Assembly (NCBI GenBank): GCA_964016885.1
Contig: OZ024745.1
Coordinates: 14,942,001-15,006,000 of the forward strand
Source of the DNA: Eledone cirrhosa
Taxonomy: Eukaryota
DNA length: 64,000 nt
Direction of reading: 5' to 3'
The position numbers were made by a program, and so were the translations under genes. How positions within the stretch are numbered: position 1 is the first letter of the stretch; each line of letters begins with the position of its first letter. Shown piece by piece: positions 1 through 15,650 of the stretch. A model generated the notes under the pieces. It was not told the origin of the DNA. It saw only the letters and a list, made by a program, of their open reading frames with translations, and made no database searches.

Positions 1-404
1 TATATATATGTGTTCGTGTCTATATTATATCTGTATTTTTGACCGTTGGTCAATCAATTGTAAACATTGAGGAGGGAATGAATGAACTGATATAAAAGAT
101 ACAGAAGCGAAAACCAATATAAAGTAAAGCATGTCCATAGAATCATTTGATAATATATATACATCATTTCTTCTCCCAATTAGCATAATTAACCACACAA
201 AAAATCAATTAGACCACGCTATAAGATTAAAAGGCACATATGAAGAAGAAGTAAATAAATAAACGATAGCAGGGTCTTCGCGGCCAACCGCTATAGAATA
301 TTTACTCAACATTTCAACAGCACGTGGAAATTAATTAAGTATACGGTCAACCATACACAATTAGGTATAAAATTAAAGTTAGAAATGCTTATATACATAC
401 CAGG

Positions 405-730
<326 letters not shown>

Positions 731-857
731 ACTCCAGCTCTGTAAAACACGTGATGTTCTTACATTAAGTTATTTCACTTACTGGTAAGCTTCCAACAGT
801 AATGGTTGCATTCTTTAAGGGTATGTCAATATTTATTTATAAAACTGATCTATATTA

Positions 858-922
858 TATTTTATCTGATGAAAGCACACCATAATTTAACTTGGTGTCC
901 TTGAAATATGTATAATGAAATA
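858..922 (+). ncRNA. Type I hammerhead ribozyme motif (Penelope pLTR type)
   Basis: Stem I tattttat/atgaaata; CTGATGA at 866-872; stem II aag(c)acacca/tggtgt(c)ctt; GAAA; minimal stem III; ATA cleavage triplet. Confidence 0.8.
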
Positions 923-1049
923 AATATGGTTTTATAAATATAGTTTCCATTTGTTAATATCGTATTTTTACTCCAAATATTTGTTGAGTGCTTTATATCA
1001 GTTATAAAAATATTTGCTTGTTGTATCCCAACAATTTAAATAGAACTTT

Positions 1050-1103
<54 letters not shown>

Positions 1104-1204
1104 TATAATTACACATGCATGCAATTAATTCCATAAACATACAATTAATTGTACATGCACCAAATTACAATTATACTCATGCACCAAATTACAATTATAC
1201 TCAT

Positions 1205-1286
<82 letters not shown>

Positions 1287-1459
1287 GCACATACACACAA
1301 GCACACATATAAATATGTTTCTGTGTCTGTGCTTATATATGGATTAGCATTACATTACTCACACACTTACATGCAATTTCACACACCCTCACGCACACAC
1401 ACACATACAAGAAATCGCATACATGTACATGAAAATACTCGCACACAGAGACACACACA

Positions 1460-2316
1460 CATGGAACATGTAAACCCCCACACATAGAACCTCACACATA
1501 GAACTATACACGTACAACCACACACATAGAACCACACACATAGAACTACACACATAGAACATGCAACCACACTTGGAACCACACACATGGAACCACACAC
1601 ATAGAATCACACACATAGAACCACACACATATAATCACAACAATGGAACCACACACATGGAACCACACACATAGAACCACACACATAGAACCACACACAT
1701 ATAATCACAACAATGGAACCACACACATGGAACCACACACATAGAATCACAACAATGGAACCACACACATGGAACCACACACATAGAACCACACACATGG
1801 AACCACACACATGGAACCACACACATGGAACCACACACATAGAACCACACACATGGAACCACACACATGGAACCACACACATGGAACCACACACATAGAA
1901 TCACACACATGGAACCACACACATAGAACCACACACATGGAACCACACACATAGAATCACAACAATGGAACCACACACATGGAACCACACACATAGAATC
2001 ACAACAATGGAACCACACACATGGAACCACACACATGGAACCACACACATGGAACCACACACATGGAACCACACACATGGAACCACACACATGGAACCAC
2101 ACACATAGAACCACACACATGGAACCACACACATGGAACCACACAAATGGAACCACACACATAGAATCACACACATGGAACCACACACATAGAATCACAC
2201 ACATGGAACCACACACATAGAATCACAACAATGGAACCACACACATGGAACCACACACATAGAATCACACACATAGAATCACACACATAGAACCACACAC
2301 ATGGAACCACACACAT
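1460..2316. repeat. 14-bp minisatellite GAACCACACACAT(A/G)
   Basis: Roughly 60 tandem units read directly, with a recurring GAATCACAACAATG variant. Confidence 0.95.
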
Positions 2317-2485
2317 GTATATAGATGAAGCTACATTCAGATATGGAAACCTTATTAACAGACGCCACATTGCAGTAGAAAAACTTAACGAGCAGTGAAT
2401 AACTCCTTATCAAAGAATTATAGCGCAGTAATGACATACTAACCTTCACCAACCATACAACTGGAGAGCAATAGAGATGTATGTT

Positions 2486-2581
<96 letters not shown>

Positions 2582-2660
2582 CACAGACGGAAGTGTGTAT
2601 ATTTAGCCTTGGTATAGTTATTATTATTATCCTTATTATTATTATTATTATTATTATTAT

Positions 2661-3270
2661 TGAATGCCATGGTTGACGGAGGCTCGGCTCTGTAAGGTAT
2701 TGTAAATTTTGACTGCTATAACAATTGTAAGTTGTATACAACTTTAACCAAATTGTAAACAAAAACACCCTTCTCCTCGTCAGAGGGGTCTTGTCTGGTG
2801 GCCATGGCGAAAGAGATAGTATGGTGGACACGTTTGAAAGGGCTGAAGACGAGCACTTACCTCTTCGGTGATGCCCTGATTAACTTTTTCAAATTTCATT
2901 TAAAAAGGAAAATCAGGGTAGAAAGGGAAGTGCTCTATTCCCAGCTTTTTGTTGAAAGATGGGTGAGAGAGGCAAGAATGGCCCGAGTGAATGGGCCTTC
3001 TCTGAGTATGTGTCTGTAAATTAAAGGTGGAAAACTGGGAGAGGGCACTTGCCCTGGTGGTCAGGGTCACTGTGGCTTTTTAATGGGAATTTCTCCACGA
3101 ATGTCCCGCGGAAGTCTCCCCCCTATTGGGGAATATTTTCATTGTTCTATTATTACATCCTCTGTTTCTTGTTTTTTTACACGCAGAAATGCCCATTTGT
3201 ACCACCCTATATTGTCCTGTACTGTCCTTAATGTCTACTTTATGTAGACCCTTGTGGTTAATAAAGACAG

Positions 3271-3271
<1 letters not shown>
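2661..3271 (+). mobile_element. Internally deleted non-autonomous derivative of the Tx1-like LINE
   Basis: First ~135 bp match the 5' end (tgaatgccatggttgacggaggctcggc) of the element at 29746-35773. The remainder matches its ORF2 C-terminus (AMAKEIVWWTRLKG) and 3' UTR. (ATT)n lies on both sides. Confidence 0.92.
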
Positions 3272-3306
<35 letters not shown>

Positions 3307-3461
3307 TTTAGTGTTTTTCCTTTACCTTCAGTATTATTTATGATATATGCCGTCTTCCTGTCACCTAGGGTAAATAAATTCACTGTATAAATTGGTAAGC
3401 CAGTCAACACACCACATTGATTATAATTTACAGCTTTAAAAATAATTATATATATAAAACG

Positions 3462-3590
3462 TGTAGCTGAGTGGTTAGAGAATTGGATTCGCAATCGTGA
3501 GGTTGTCAGTTCGAATCCAGAACCGGGCATTGCGTTATGTCCTTGAGCAAGACACTTTATGTCACGTTGCTCCTTCTACCTGGAGTTGCG
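3462..3590 (+). mobile_element. tRNA-derived SINE fragment
   Basis: A-box-like tagctgagtgg, B-box-like gttcgaatcc, then ccttgagcaagacacttta core shared with 5575-5710. Confidence 0.75.
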
Positions 3591-3774
3591 ACTGATAGAT
3601 AGTATTAGCAATTGGAAAGACCAATGGAATCATTGTTTCCTCGGTTCGATTTGACGAAAGTAGATCGTTCCTTTTTTTATATACATACACATACATATAC
3701 ATATATAAACACACATAAATATATATATATAAATACGCATATATACACACATATTCATATATATATATATACAT

Positions 3775-3807
<33 letters not shown>

Positions 3808-4039
3808 CATACACACATATACATACACACATGTACACATAGATAAATACGCACACAAATATACACATACACGTGCAAACGTACACACATTTATATATAT
3901 ATACATACACACATACAAATACATACCCATACACATATACACACACATATACACGTACATATACATATATATAAATAAAAGATATCCATGCACGTGCGCA
4001 CACATACACACATACACATACACACATCATTCTCACAGA

Positions 4040-5190
4040 GATAGTGCTTTTCTCAATACGTCTGCAGTACCAGTCAAAACAAATTTACTGCACCTCTTGC
4101 CGAGTTGGTAAACCACGAATCATTCGCAAATACTGTTCCTTTCTTAATCATTCCCAGTGCTCCAAAAATCACTGGTATTGTAACAACCTTGAGGTGCCAC
4201 ATTTTTTCGACTTCAATAAGCAGATCTTTATATTTTCTTAGCTTGTCAAATTCTTTTGCTGTGATATTGTGATCACATGCGATGTTCATATCAATCAGTA
4301 AACAGACCTTGCTATGTTGGGCTTTTACAATGATATCTGGTCTATTAGCTTTTATGACCCGGTCAGTATGTACAGGAAAGTCCCAAAAAATTATTACATA
4401 TTTTCCTTCAATTACAGCCCCCGGGTGATGATTGTACCACTTGTCAGCAGCTTTGATTCTATAATGCCTACATATTACCCAGTGTAGACATTGGCCAACT
4501 CTGTCATGTCTATATTTGTACTCTACTGGGGCTAAAACTTTACATCCAGAAACTAGGTGGTCCACTGTTTCAACCTCAACATTGCAGACTCGGCACTTTG
4601 GATTTACTCCATTTCTCATCATATTGGCAAGATAATTTCGTGTCATTAAGCTTTGATCTTGGTTAGCTAAGATGAAGTCTTCGCTCTCTGCGTTTAGCCC
4701 TGGGCTACGTAGCCACTGATAGGTGTGCTTTTGGTCAACATCAGCTTGTTTGCTACAGGCCACATATTTGCCATTCAGAGGTTTCTGCTCCCACTTTGAT
4801 GCTAATTGCTCTTGCCCTTTTGCCATTAATTTTATGTGCTTAGCAGCAACAATTGCAACAGTTTCATCAGTCCGTCCAACCTGGGGATCAAGCATGAGAT
4901 CAGTAGCATATTATTTGCTCTCCTTCAAGATAGAATGAATCTTCTTATTTCTCTCATGTTTTTCAACAAGTTTCAGCATACAGTCGTTTGTTGTTTCAAG
5001 GTATTTAGTAAGTCAAATAGTGGTGGTCTTATACGTAAGTTCAAATTGGATCAGACCACGACCTCCTTGAGTTCTAGGAAGGTAAAGACGATCCACATCT
5101 GCTTTCGGGTGGTGCATCCTATTACAAGTCAGTAACTTACATATTTTGGGGTCGATTCTTTTAATTTCAATCATATTCCAGTTCAACAGC
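4040..5190 (-). mobile_element. R4/Dong-type RLE non-LTR retrotransposon, 3' fragment
   Basis: ORF 4074-4895 has CRVC...ETVDHLVSGC zinc knuckle, RHD and NRPDI...LLID restriction-like endonuclease motifs; homologous to 38900-39750. Confidence 0.9.
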
Positions 5191-5263
5191 CCTATCAGTC
5201 ACTGTATATTTCAGAAAATATGATATATTTCACTAGCTCTGGCAGTTGGCAGGTAAGCAGTAT

Positions 5264-5310
5264 GCTGTACTGATGAAGGGTAATCACCCAGAAACGTTAG
5301 TGTCTGCGGT
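5264..5310 (+). ncRNA. Minimal type I hammerhead ribozyme motif
   Basis: gctgta CTGATGA a-gggt-aatc-accc-a GAAAC gttagt GTC tgcggt; stem I pairs with several G-U wobbles. Confidence 0.7.
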
Positions 5311-5574
5311 TTTGTTTACATGCCAGTACAAGAGAAAGAAGGACGGAGTCATGCAACTGACATAGCTTTAAATGAGGCTGTTTGCATAATTGCAAACTAA
5401 TCGAATATTATTATAAATATTCGAAAAACTCAGATTACATTTATATATATATGTTGTTATTGTGACAGCTCACACCTATGCAGGTTTAGCTGGCCTCCTC
5501 CAAGGTATATCTCGTTGGAGGTGTCTTGGGTGATTTAATGATAGGGACCCCAGTCGTATCATCTCATTTCTACA

Positions 5575-5710
5575 GCAGAGTAAACTGGAGCAACGTGAAA
5601 TAAAGTGTCTTGCTCAAGGAAACAACACATCACCCGGTCCGAGAATTGAACTCACAACCTTTCGATTGGATTGCAAGCCCAATGCTCTAACCACTAAGCC
5701 ATGCGCCTTC
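5575..5710 (-). mobile_element. tRNA-derived SINE
   Basis: Minus strand reads ggcgcatggcttagtggttagagc...gttcaattc...ccttgagcaagacactttatttcacgttgctccag. Confidence 0.8.
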
Positions 5711-5733
5711 ACACACACACACACAAAATGATG

Positions 5734-5766
<33 letters not shown>

Positions 5767-6317
5767 TATATATATAAATTTAGCAATATGGGATTTATAT
5801 ATCGTCAATCTTATCCAGATATGGACCACCAATTCCCTGTTATCTCACCAACATTCACTGTTTCATTCCCATTACGAGCTATTTCCAAATTCCCGTAAGA
5901 ATCACATGTCAGTATTTTACTTACACCATATTACCATTCTATTTTCTATGTGACTTTATCAGTTCCACCATTCTTTAAACCATGTCTTTTAACGTATTCC
6001 TCTTAATTTTCTCATTATATTTTTCTTCGTTTTCATTGTTTTACATTTTTTTAAATCTTTTATTCCTATGCCACGCTTTTAATTCCACAGTCTTGCAATG
6101 TTTTATCTTTTTTTGTGTGTATCTTTGCGTTTTGTATTTGAAAAAGCCATTTCGAAAATATTACTTCCTCCATGTCACTTTTATTTCATCCTCTGAGCCA
6201 TCAGCTTTCAAATACCTGCATAGTCTCTGTTACGCATTCTCTTTCGCTCTTCCGTTATTTCTCTTTCTCATTCCCTCTCTCTCCCTCTCTCTTCCTCTAT
6301 CTATCTCTTTCTTTCTT

Positions 6318-6370
<53 letters not shown>

Positions 6371-6491
6371 CACTCACACACATGGATTAATGTATATGTG
6401 CACATGTATACACAAACAACCAAACACACAAGCACAAGTATGCCCTGTGTGTATGCATATTTCATATACACCTATATACATATATAAATGC

Positions 6492-6531
<40 letters not shown>

Positions 6532-6945
6532 TGGAAGAGGAAGACCGAGGTTAATATATGTTGATGCCCAAAGGACAAACACTGGTGTCTTGGAGATGCA
6601 GGACATAGCAGCGATAAGTACTCGACATAGGTGTCTTCAGAGTTTATTAAAATGCTTCTGTAGTCAACATAAAATAATATTCAGAACATATACAACGGAA
6701 ACTCACGCATTATGATATCATGGTAAAAAGGGCAAAAATTAAGAATCTTCATTAAGTGTATAATTACTTCCATCACTATTATAATTATAAATATGTTATA
6801 TTAGTACTACTATTATGTATACACACACATATATGTATGTGTGTGTGAGTATATATATATTTATATATAGAGAAATATATATATATTAAATATATATATT
6901 TATGTATAAATATTTATGTATATAGAAATGTGTATGCGCGTTTAC

Positions 6946-7005
<60 letters not shown>

Positions 7006-7409
7006 GAGAGAGAGAGAGAGAGAGGGGAGTGGGGTGAGATAGCGTGAAGTAGTGAGAAGGGGAAATATTGATTATTTTCCACACGCAAACCTTTTTGCCA
7101 TATTTCTAATCCCTTTATCCATCATTCCCACACAATATAGTTGGAAATATAATTATATAGCAATTTTCTCGCTGCCAATATTATATTCATTTACTTGCTT
7201 TACTTTCGCTTTACTTGCTTTATGTTTTACCCTTTCTCATTCACTTTCATCGTTTATAACCGAATACCTGGGCCCCCCCCCCTCCACATCACACATACAT
7301 ACATATATAAGGAGGCACACATGCACATTCATACAAACCATTACATACTCCTGCTCACGTACATATGGAAAAAACCATACACATAGGCATACATTATCTT
7401 TGTCTCGTC

Positions 7410-7570
7410 TCGGACGACATGCTTTCCAGCATAGTTACGTGCCTTTACGATCTGAGTTCAAATCCCGCCCAGGTTGACTTTGCCTTTCATCCTTACGGGG
7501 TCGATAAAATAAAGTACCAGTAATGCACTGGGTGATTGCTGGCCTTGTGCCTAAAGTAGAAACAATTATC
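7410..7570 (+). mobile_element. SINE (gagttcaaatcccgcc...tttgcctttcatcc family)
   Basis: Core gttcaaatcccgcc...actttgcctttcatccttacggggtcgataaaataaagtaccagt recurs about nine times in the window. Confidence 0.8.
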
Positions 7571-7575
7571 TTTGT

Positions 7576-7652
<77 letters not shown>

Positions 7653-7799
7653 CTCTCTCTCTCTTTATATATATATAGGTGACTGTGTGTTTATACATAT
7701 ATATCTACACACACACAGATTCATATATAAGTAAGTATGACTGAATGTATATATATATATATATATATACGTAAGTATGTATATGTGTATGTATGTTTG

Positions 7800-7836
<37 letters not shown>

Positions 7837-8799
7837 ATGCATGAATGTATGTATGCACGCATGTATGTATACATTTACCTACGTTCGTACGTACGTACGT
7901 ATGTATGTATATTTATTCTCCACGTCTGGGAAAAAGCATATCGATGAGGGATATACTGTGAGCGAGTACTGTACACATTATTTATTCATATCTATGCATA
8001 TACATATTTTATAGCTCAACCCATTTCGATATTTCCACAGAGATTCCTGATATATAAACACAATCTCGTCTATTTCGCGCTTCTGTGTATACAGATAGAC
8101 ATAAATATATATTTATATTCATGGTTAAATTATAACTATAGGAATATCTCCGGGCACACATGCTCCCTGCAACAGCATTTAAATCACACACAATTACACG
8201 CATGTATATATCTCCTTCTCTCTCACTCTTCCTCTGTATCTCTCTCTCTCTCTCTCTTTCTGTATATATGACTTCAAAATAGGGGGAGCACAGGACAAAG
8301 ACGAAGGAAAAAGTAATAGAAAGACGGACAGTTTGGTCATTCAACCTCTGGATATCATTACCAGAGGTTGACTGTAGAGATGAGACTGTTTACTCCTTTG
8401 CCCTTGTCCTGCGCGCCTCCTATTTAGAATTCATATTCTAAAGACTTGGTCATGCGGGCTTTTTTGGAAACTATGAATATATGTATGTGAGTGTGTGCAT
8501 AAATATATATAAAAAATATGTCTGTGTATGTGTTTTTAAATATATAAATATATAAATATATAAATGGTGTATACACACACATACACACATACACATATAT
8601 ATATAATATATTTATATATATCTGTGTGTGTGTATGTGTGCGTGTGTGTGTATGTATATGTATATATATGGCATAGTGACAAAAAAAGCTGTGAATAGCT
8701 CGAATATTTAGATATAATGAAATAACCACGATACCCTAGGTTATATTGTTGGTATACTTTAAAATAACTGGTTCAGAGTCTAATGATAATAATGATATC

Positions 8800-9830
8800 T
8801 CGAGATGAATGAAGACCAAGGTATTCAACAAGCCACGAGTGAATCAGGAAGGAATGCTACCGGAGAATTCGTGCTGTCATAAAAACTCGAGAAATAAGCT
8901 ATCTCCCATAAATGCTCTTTTATTCTCAGTTACCACCTACAGTTTCAATATCATAAATTGGAACGGTAATAATATTAAGTGACTTCAAACGAAAATCACG
9001 AAACTTCTGGCCTGTAATAACATACAATACCGAAAAGCAGACGTGGATCGCCTCTATTTCCCCAGACAAAACAGAGGTAGAGGAATGATCCTGTTCGCGC
9101 TATCATACATGATATCGACCATTGGACTTGACCAATACCTTAAAACCACACATGACTTGATGAAAATGGTTCCAGGTCATGAAAGGAAGAAGAGCTTACA
9201 TTCTGTCAAAAAGGAAAGTAGGAAGTTTGCGGAAGAATTGGAAATACATTTTGCAAATGATGGCGATCCTGCAATTAAAGCCGCAAAGAACACTGTGCAC
9301 TAAATGGGAGCCAAAACCAACTGCTTGGGTAGTATGTTTTCCGTAGCAACGAACCTGATACAAATCAAACCCTCACCCATCAGTGACTTCGAAGTTCTGG
9401 GCTAAAGTCAGTGAGTGGGGGCTTCTTTTTAGCTGTACAAGACCAGTATCTCTCAACGCACAACATCCAAGCCAATGTGATCAGAAATAGAACTAACCCA
9501 AAATGTCAATTCTGTGATGAGCATGTTGAGACCATAGGCTGCTTCGCTTCAGGATGCAAGTTATTAGCTCCCCAGAAATATAAAATATGATAGAGTGGGG
9601 CAATACTTACACAAGGTAATATGCAGGTTCTATGCTCTGAAAACGGAAGGAAAATAGATAAACCATCACAGAGATTCAGTAACAGGAAGTGGAAACGCGA
9701 CGATCCTATATGATTTTCCTGTGAACACTGACCGAATAATCAAGGCCTACAGACGTAATATAATAGCGAGGAGACCATAAAGAGAAAACACGTTTCTTAA
9801 TTAAAATGAGCATTCCATCAGATTGTAACA
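8800..9830 (+). mobile_element. Decayed R4/Dong-type retrotransposon fragment
   Basis: DRLYFPRQNRGRG motif (ORF 9043-9303) and downstream zinc-knuckle/RLE remnants colinear with the 4040-5190 copy; many stops. Confidence 0.8.
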
Positions 9831-10070
9831 TCTTCACAGCAATCGATAATGCTAGTGAAATACACTGGATTGTAGCTCAGTTACTGCTCAAAGCGATGAT
9901 CGTATTATCATAACATCGCCTCATAACCTCCTACAAGTTTATGCAAATATAAAAGGGAGTTGTGCTGCTTTTCAGAAGTACAGATTGAATCGCTGGGTTA
10001 TATCAAACCATCTGGTAGGTGAATGTGAGCTAAGACCTTGCAAACTTGCCCGTAAGTAAGGATTGTTATA

Positions 10071-11531
10071 TCTCTATATATAACATGGAAGATGTCTGTC
10101 TGTGTGTGTGTATGATTTTTATGCATTTCCACATTTCTCTACCGATTTTGATGATTTTTTTTTCCAATGTGCTGCAAATTTACCAACGATGGTCAACGCG
10201 TAATAAACTTTGCCTAAAATTTCCTGCTTCTATTAAAAAATCGATAAACCTAAAACATGCTGTAACCCTCTCTCTTACACGCTTATTCACTCTCTCTACT
10301 ACCCAACAGCGACAAAACTTCGTTCAGGAACGCGACATAAACTTTGAAAACTAAGCAACATATCATTTTATACAGCAACAAACATAGTCATAACGCTCTC
10401 TCCGTCGCTCTGCCCTCTCTCTATAATAGATCATTCCCCTTCTCTATAATTTAACTGCTTTACACTCTTCATGCTTTGAGGTTTAACACATCTCCCTATA
10501 GTTTCTTAGCTTTACTCTCTCCGTCGCTCTTCCCTCTCTCTATAATAGATTATTCCCCCCCTCTATAATTTAACTGCTTTACTCTCTCTGTCGCTCTTCA
10601 CTCTCTTTATGACAACACTGTTTTACACACATCCCTATAGTTGATTAGCTTTACTCTCTCCATCGCTCTTCCCTCTCTCTATAATAGATTATTCCCCTTC
10701 TCTATAATTTAACTGCTGGGGGTGTCATTGGAGTTCCGTATTGACATACGGCTTTTCTAGGATATTTTAAATCGGCTTATTGCAAATAACAACCCGCAAA
10801 ATAACACCTCATATAACAGATTAATGCTATAGATATATGAATCGGAATGTTTAAATTATTTATTTTTTGCGACTTTCATTGGTTAAATATTAATATGACA
10901 ACACCCATAGTGTTGTACTTCTGGCAATTCTGCCGAATACACTGCCAAGGATGAACCTTTTCCCCTCGGCGTCAGATAACCCGTTCGATTTCCGGCGATC
11001 CCAATTCCCGGTGAGACCATGTTTTGCCATGTCCATTAACAAGTCACAAGGGCAAACATTGTCGGTGGCGGGCATCCATTTCGGGGAGCCATGCTTCTCC
11101 CATGGCCAACTTTATGTTGCCTGTTCCCGCGTAGGGAGCAGGAATGGACTTTTTACTTACACTCCTCAAGGGATGTCACGCAATATCGTCTACAAAGAGG
11201 TGTTATAGATGTTGGTGCAGGTGTTGAAGGTGTTGGAGCTATGCCGTCTGGAAAACTATTTCCTGGTAGGGTCACACAGAGCGGATAGATCTGACACCCA
11301 GCAGCATCAGGGCCACCATCATGCAACTTTGGTCTGCTAAATTCGCTATTGGAAGATTATTAACCCATCATTGATTGTCCAAAATGCTAATTGGTTCGTA
11401 ACTTTTAATAACCGGGTCAACTGCTTTATGCACTTAATTGATAAGCTTATTCGCTTTCAAGCCACGTTTACCAGTATGTAACTTTTCATAGCATATGAAC
11501 AAACCCGAGCAAGGCCGGGCTAAACTGCTAG
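10071..11531 (+). mobile_element. Non-autonomous Helitron
   Basis: A|TC 5' end at 10071; subterminal hairpin cccgagcaaggccggg; CTAG|T 3' end at 11528-11531; internal Pif1-helicase fragment and ~120-bp tandem repeats at 10390-10716. Confidence 0.88.
10920..11208 (+). pseudogene. Helitron Pif1-like helicase C-terminal fragment
   Basis: FRRSQFPVRPCFAMSINKSQGQTL...FSHGQLYVACSRV, helicase motifs V-VI. Confidence 0.9.
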
Positions 11532-11790
11532 TAGGATGTGATAAAGAAACTGATGACATTAAAGGAAAAACATGAACATTGGACTGAAAATATATGGGAC
11601 AAAGTTATGTTTTCTCACAAGAGTTAGTAGTACGCCAGTATTATATCAAGTATTATAACATCCTCCCAGTCAGATGATGATGACCCCAGTTCAAAATGTG
11701 GGAAAGTCAGATTATATTCATTTGACACCGGAACAATTATGAATAGCCGAAATTACCTGGAAGTGTTGAAGGACAAAACGGTAATGCACA

Positions 11791-11850
<60 letters not shown>

Positions 11851-11852
<2 letters not shown>

Positions 11853-11960
11853 ACAGATTAAAGTTTAATAATAAATATTTGCTCTACGATTCTTATATAT
11901 TTGATATATATTTATCCTTATCGAGCCCTCTTTGGATTTTAGTCTTCAAATTTATTATTA
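11851..11960. mobile_element. Mini element of the 42821-45030 Penelope-like family (both termini, no body)
   Basis: Starts taacagattaaagtttaa and ends atccttatcgagccctctttggattttagtcttcaaatttatta, matching the two ends of 42821-45030 and 48071-48181. Confidence 0.7.
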
Positions 11961-11975
11961 TTACTATATATATAT

Positions 11976-12151
11976 AACGAAGGAAATGTGGTAAGGAACC
12001 AGGTGGGCCATAACGCACCAAAGTACTCAATACTTAGGGTAGTAGAGTGGGTAAGAGGAACGAGTAGGACCCCGACGGCTGAGCTCAAGCCGTTTCGACG
12101 GCCATTTCTCGTCTAAACGGCTTGAGCTCAACCGTCGGGGTCCTACTCGTT

Positions 12152-12155
<4 letters not shown>
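11976..12155. mobile_element. Tail + hairpin insert in (TA)n (family B, short)
   Basis: 80-bp unique segment, then arms 12056-12100 and 12110-12154; termini shared with 50411-52267. Confidence 0.85.
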
Positions 12156-14300
<2,145 letters not shown>

Positions 14301-14419
14301 ACGCTAAAATATCCGGGAATAGCCATGTTTTCAATCCCATCATGTGGGAATACATGAAGAACAACCACCCAGTGTCTTACTGGAGACAATTACAGATGTA
14401 TGGATAACTTTCACAGGAA

Positions 14420-15650
14420 TACTACCAGTCTTGTGTATTATATATACCATACTATCAGCCTTGTGTATTATACCATACTACCAGTCTTCTGTATGATATC
14501 TACCATACTACCAGTCTTCTGTATTATATCTAACATACATCCAGTCTTCTGTATTATATCTACAATACTACCAGTCTTCTGTATTATATCTACCATACAT
14601 CCAGTCTTCTGTATTATATCTACCATACTACCAGTCTTCTGTATTATATCTACAATACTACCAGTCACCTGTATTATATCTACCATACTACCAGTCTTCT
14701 GTATTATATCTAACATACATCCAGTCTTCTGTATTATATCTACAATACTACCAGTCACCTGTATTATATCTACCATACTACCAGTCTTCTGTATTATATC
14801 TACCATACTACCAGTCTCATGTATTATACCTACCATAATACCAGTCTCATGTATTATATCTACCATACTACCAGTCTTTTGTATTATGTCTACCATACTA
14901 CCAGTCTTGTGTATATATCTACCATACTACCAGTCTTCTGTATTATATCTACCATACTACCAGTCTTGTGTATTATATCTACCGTACTACCAGTCTCAGA
15001 TATTATATCTACCATACTACCAGTCTCATATATTATATCTACCATACTACCAGTCCATGTATTATATCTACCATAATACATGTCTCATGTATTATATCTA
15101 CCATACTACCAGTCTCATGTATTATATCTACCATAATACCAGTCTCATATATTATATCTACCATACTACCAGTTTCATGTATTATATCTACCATACTACC
15201 AGTCTCAGATATTATATCTACCGTACTACCAGTCTCATGTATTATATCTACCATACTACCAGTCTCATGTATTATATCTACCATACTACCAGTCTCATAT
15301 ATTATATCTACCGTACTACCAGTCTCATGTTTTATATCTACCATACTACCAGTCTCATATATTTTATCTACCGTACTACCAGTCTCATGTATTATATCTA
15401 CCATACTACCAGACCATATATTATATCTACCATACTACCAGTCTCAGATATTATATCTACCGTACTACCAGTCTCATGTATTATATCTACCATACTACCA
15501 GTCTCATATATTATATCTACCATACTACCAGTCTCATGTATTATATCTACCATACTACCAGTCTCATGTATTATATCTACCATACTACCAGTCTCATATA
15601 TTATATCTACCATACTACCAGTCCACATATTATATCTACCATACTACCAT
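14420..15650. repeat. 30-bp minisatellite TACCAGTC(TTC/TCA)TGTATTATATCTACCATAC
   Basis: About 40 tandem units read directly; explains ORFs 14400-15731. Confidence 0.97.

Larger units (their letters stand above)
9950..11790 (+). pseudogene. Tc1-like transposase remnant split by the Helitron insertion
   Basis: ARK-like segment before 10070, then EKHEHWTENIWDKVMFS and MNSRNYLEVLKDK-like segments after 11532, resembling Tc1 W..V.FSDE and G.MN...Y..IL motifs. Confidence 0.55.

Noticed and set aside
3462-5710. tRNA genes
   Set aside because: A/B boxes run into SINE core sequence and no full cloverleaf is evident.
6530-6620. RTE-like C-terminal remnant (GRGRPRLIYVD)
   Set aside because: Too short to support as a feature without a database search.
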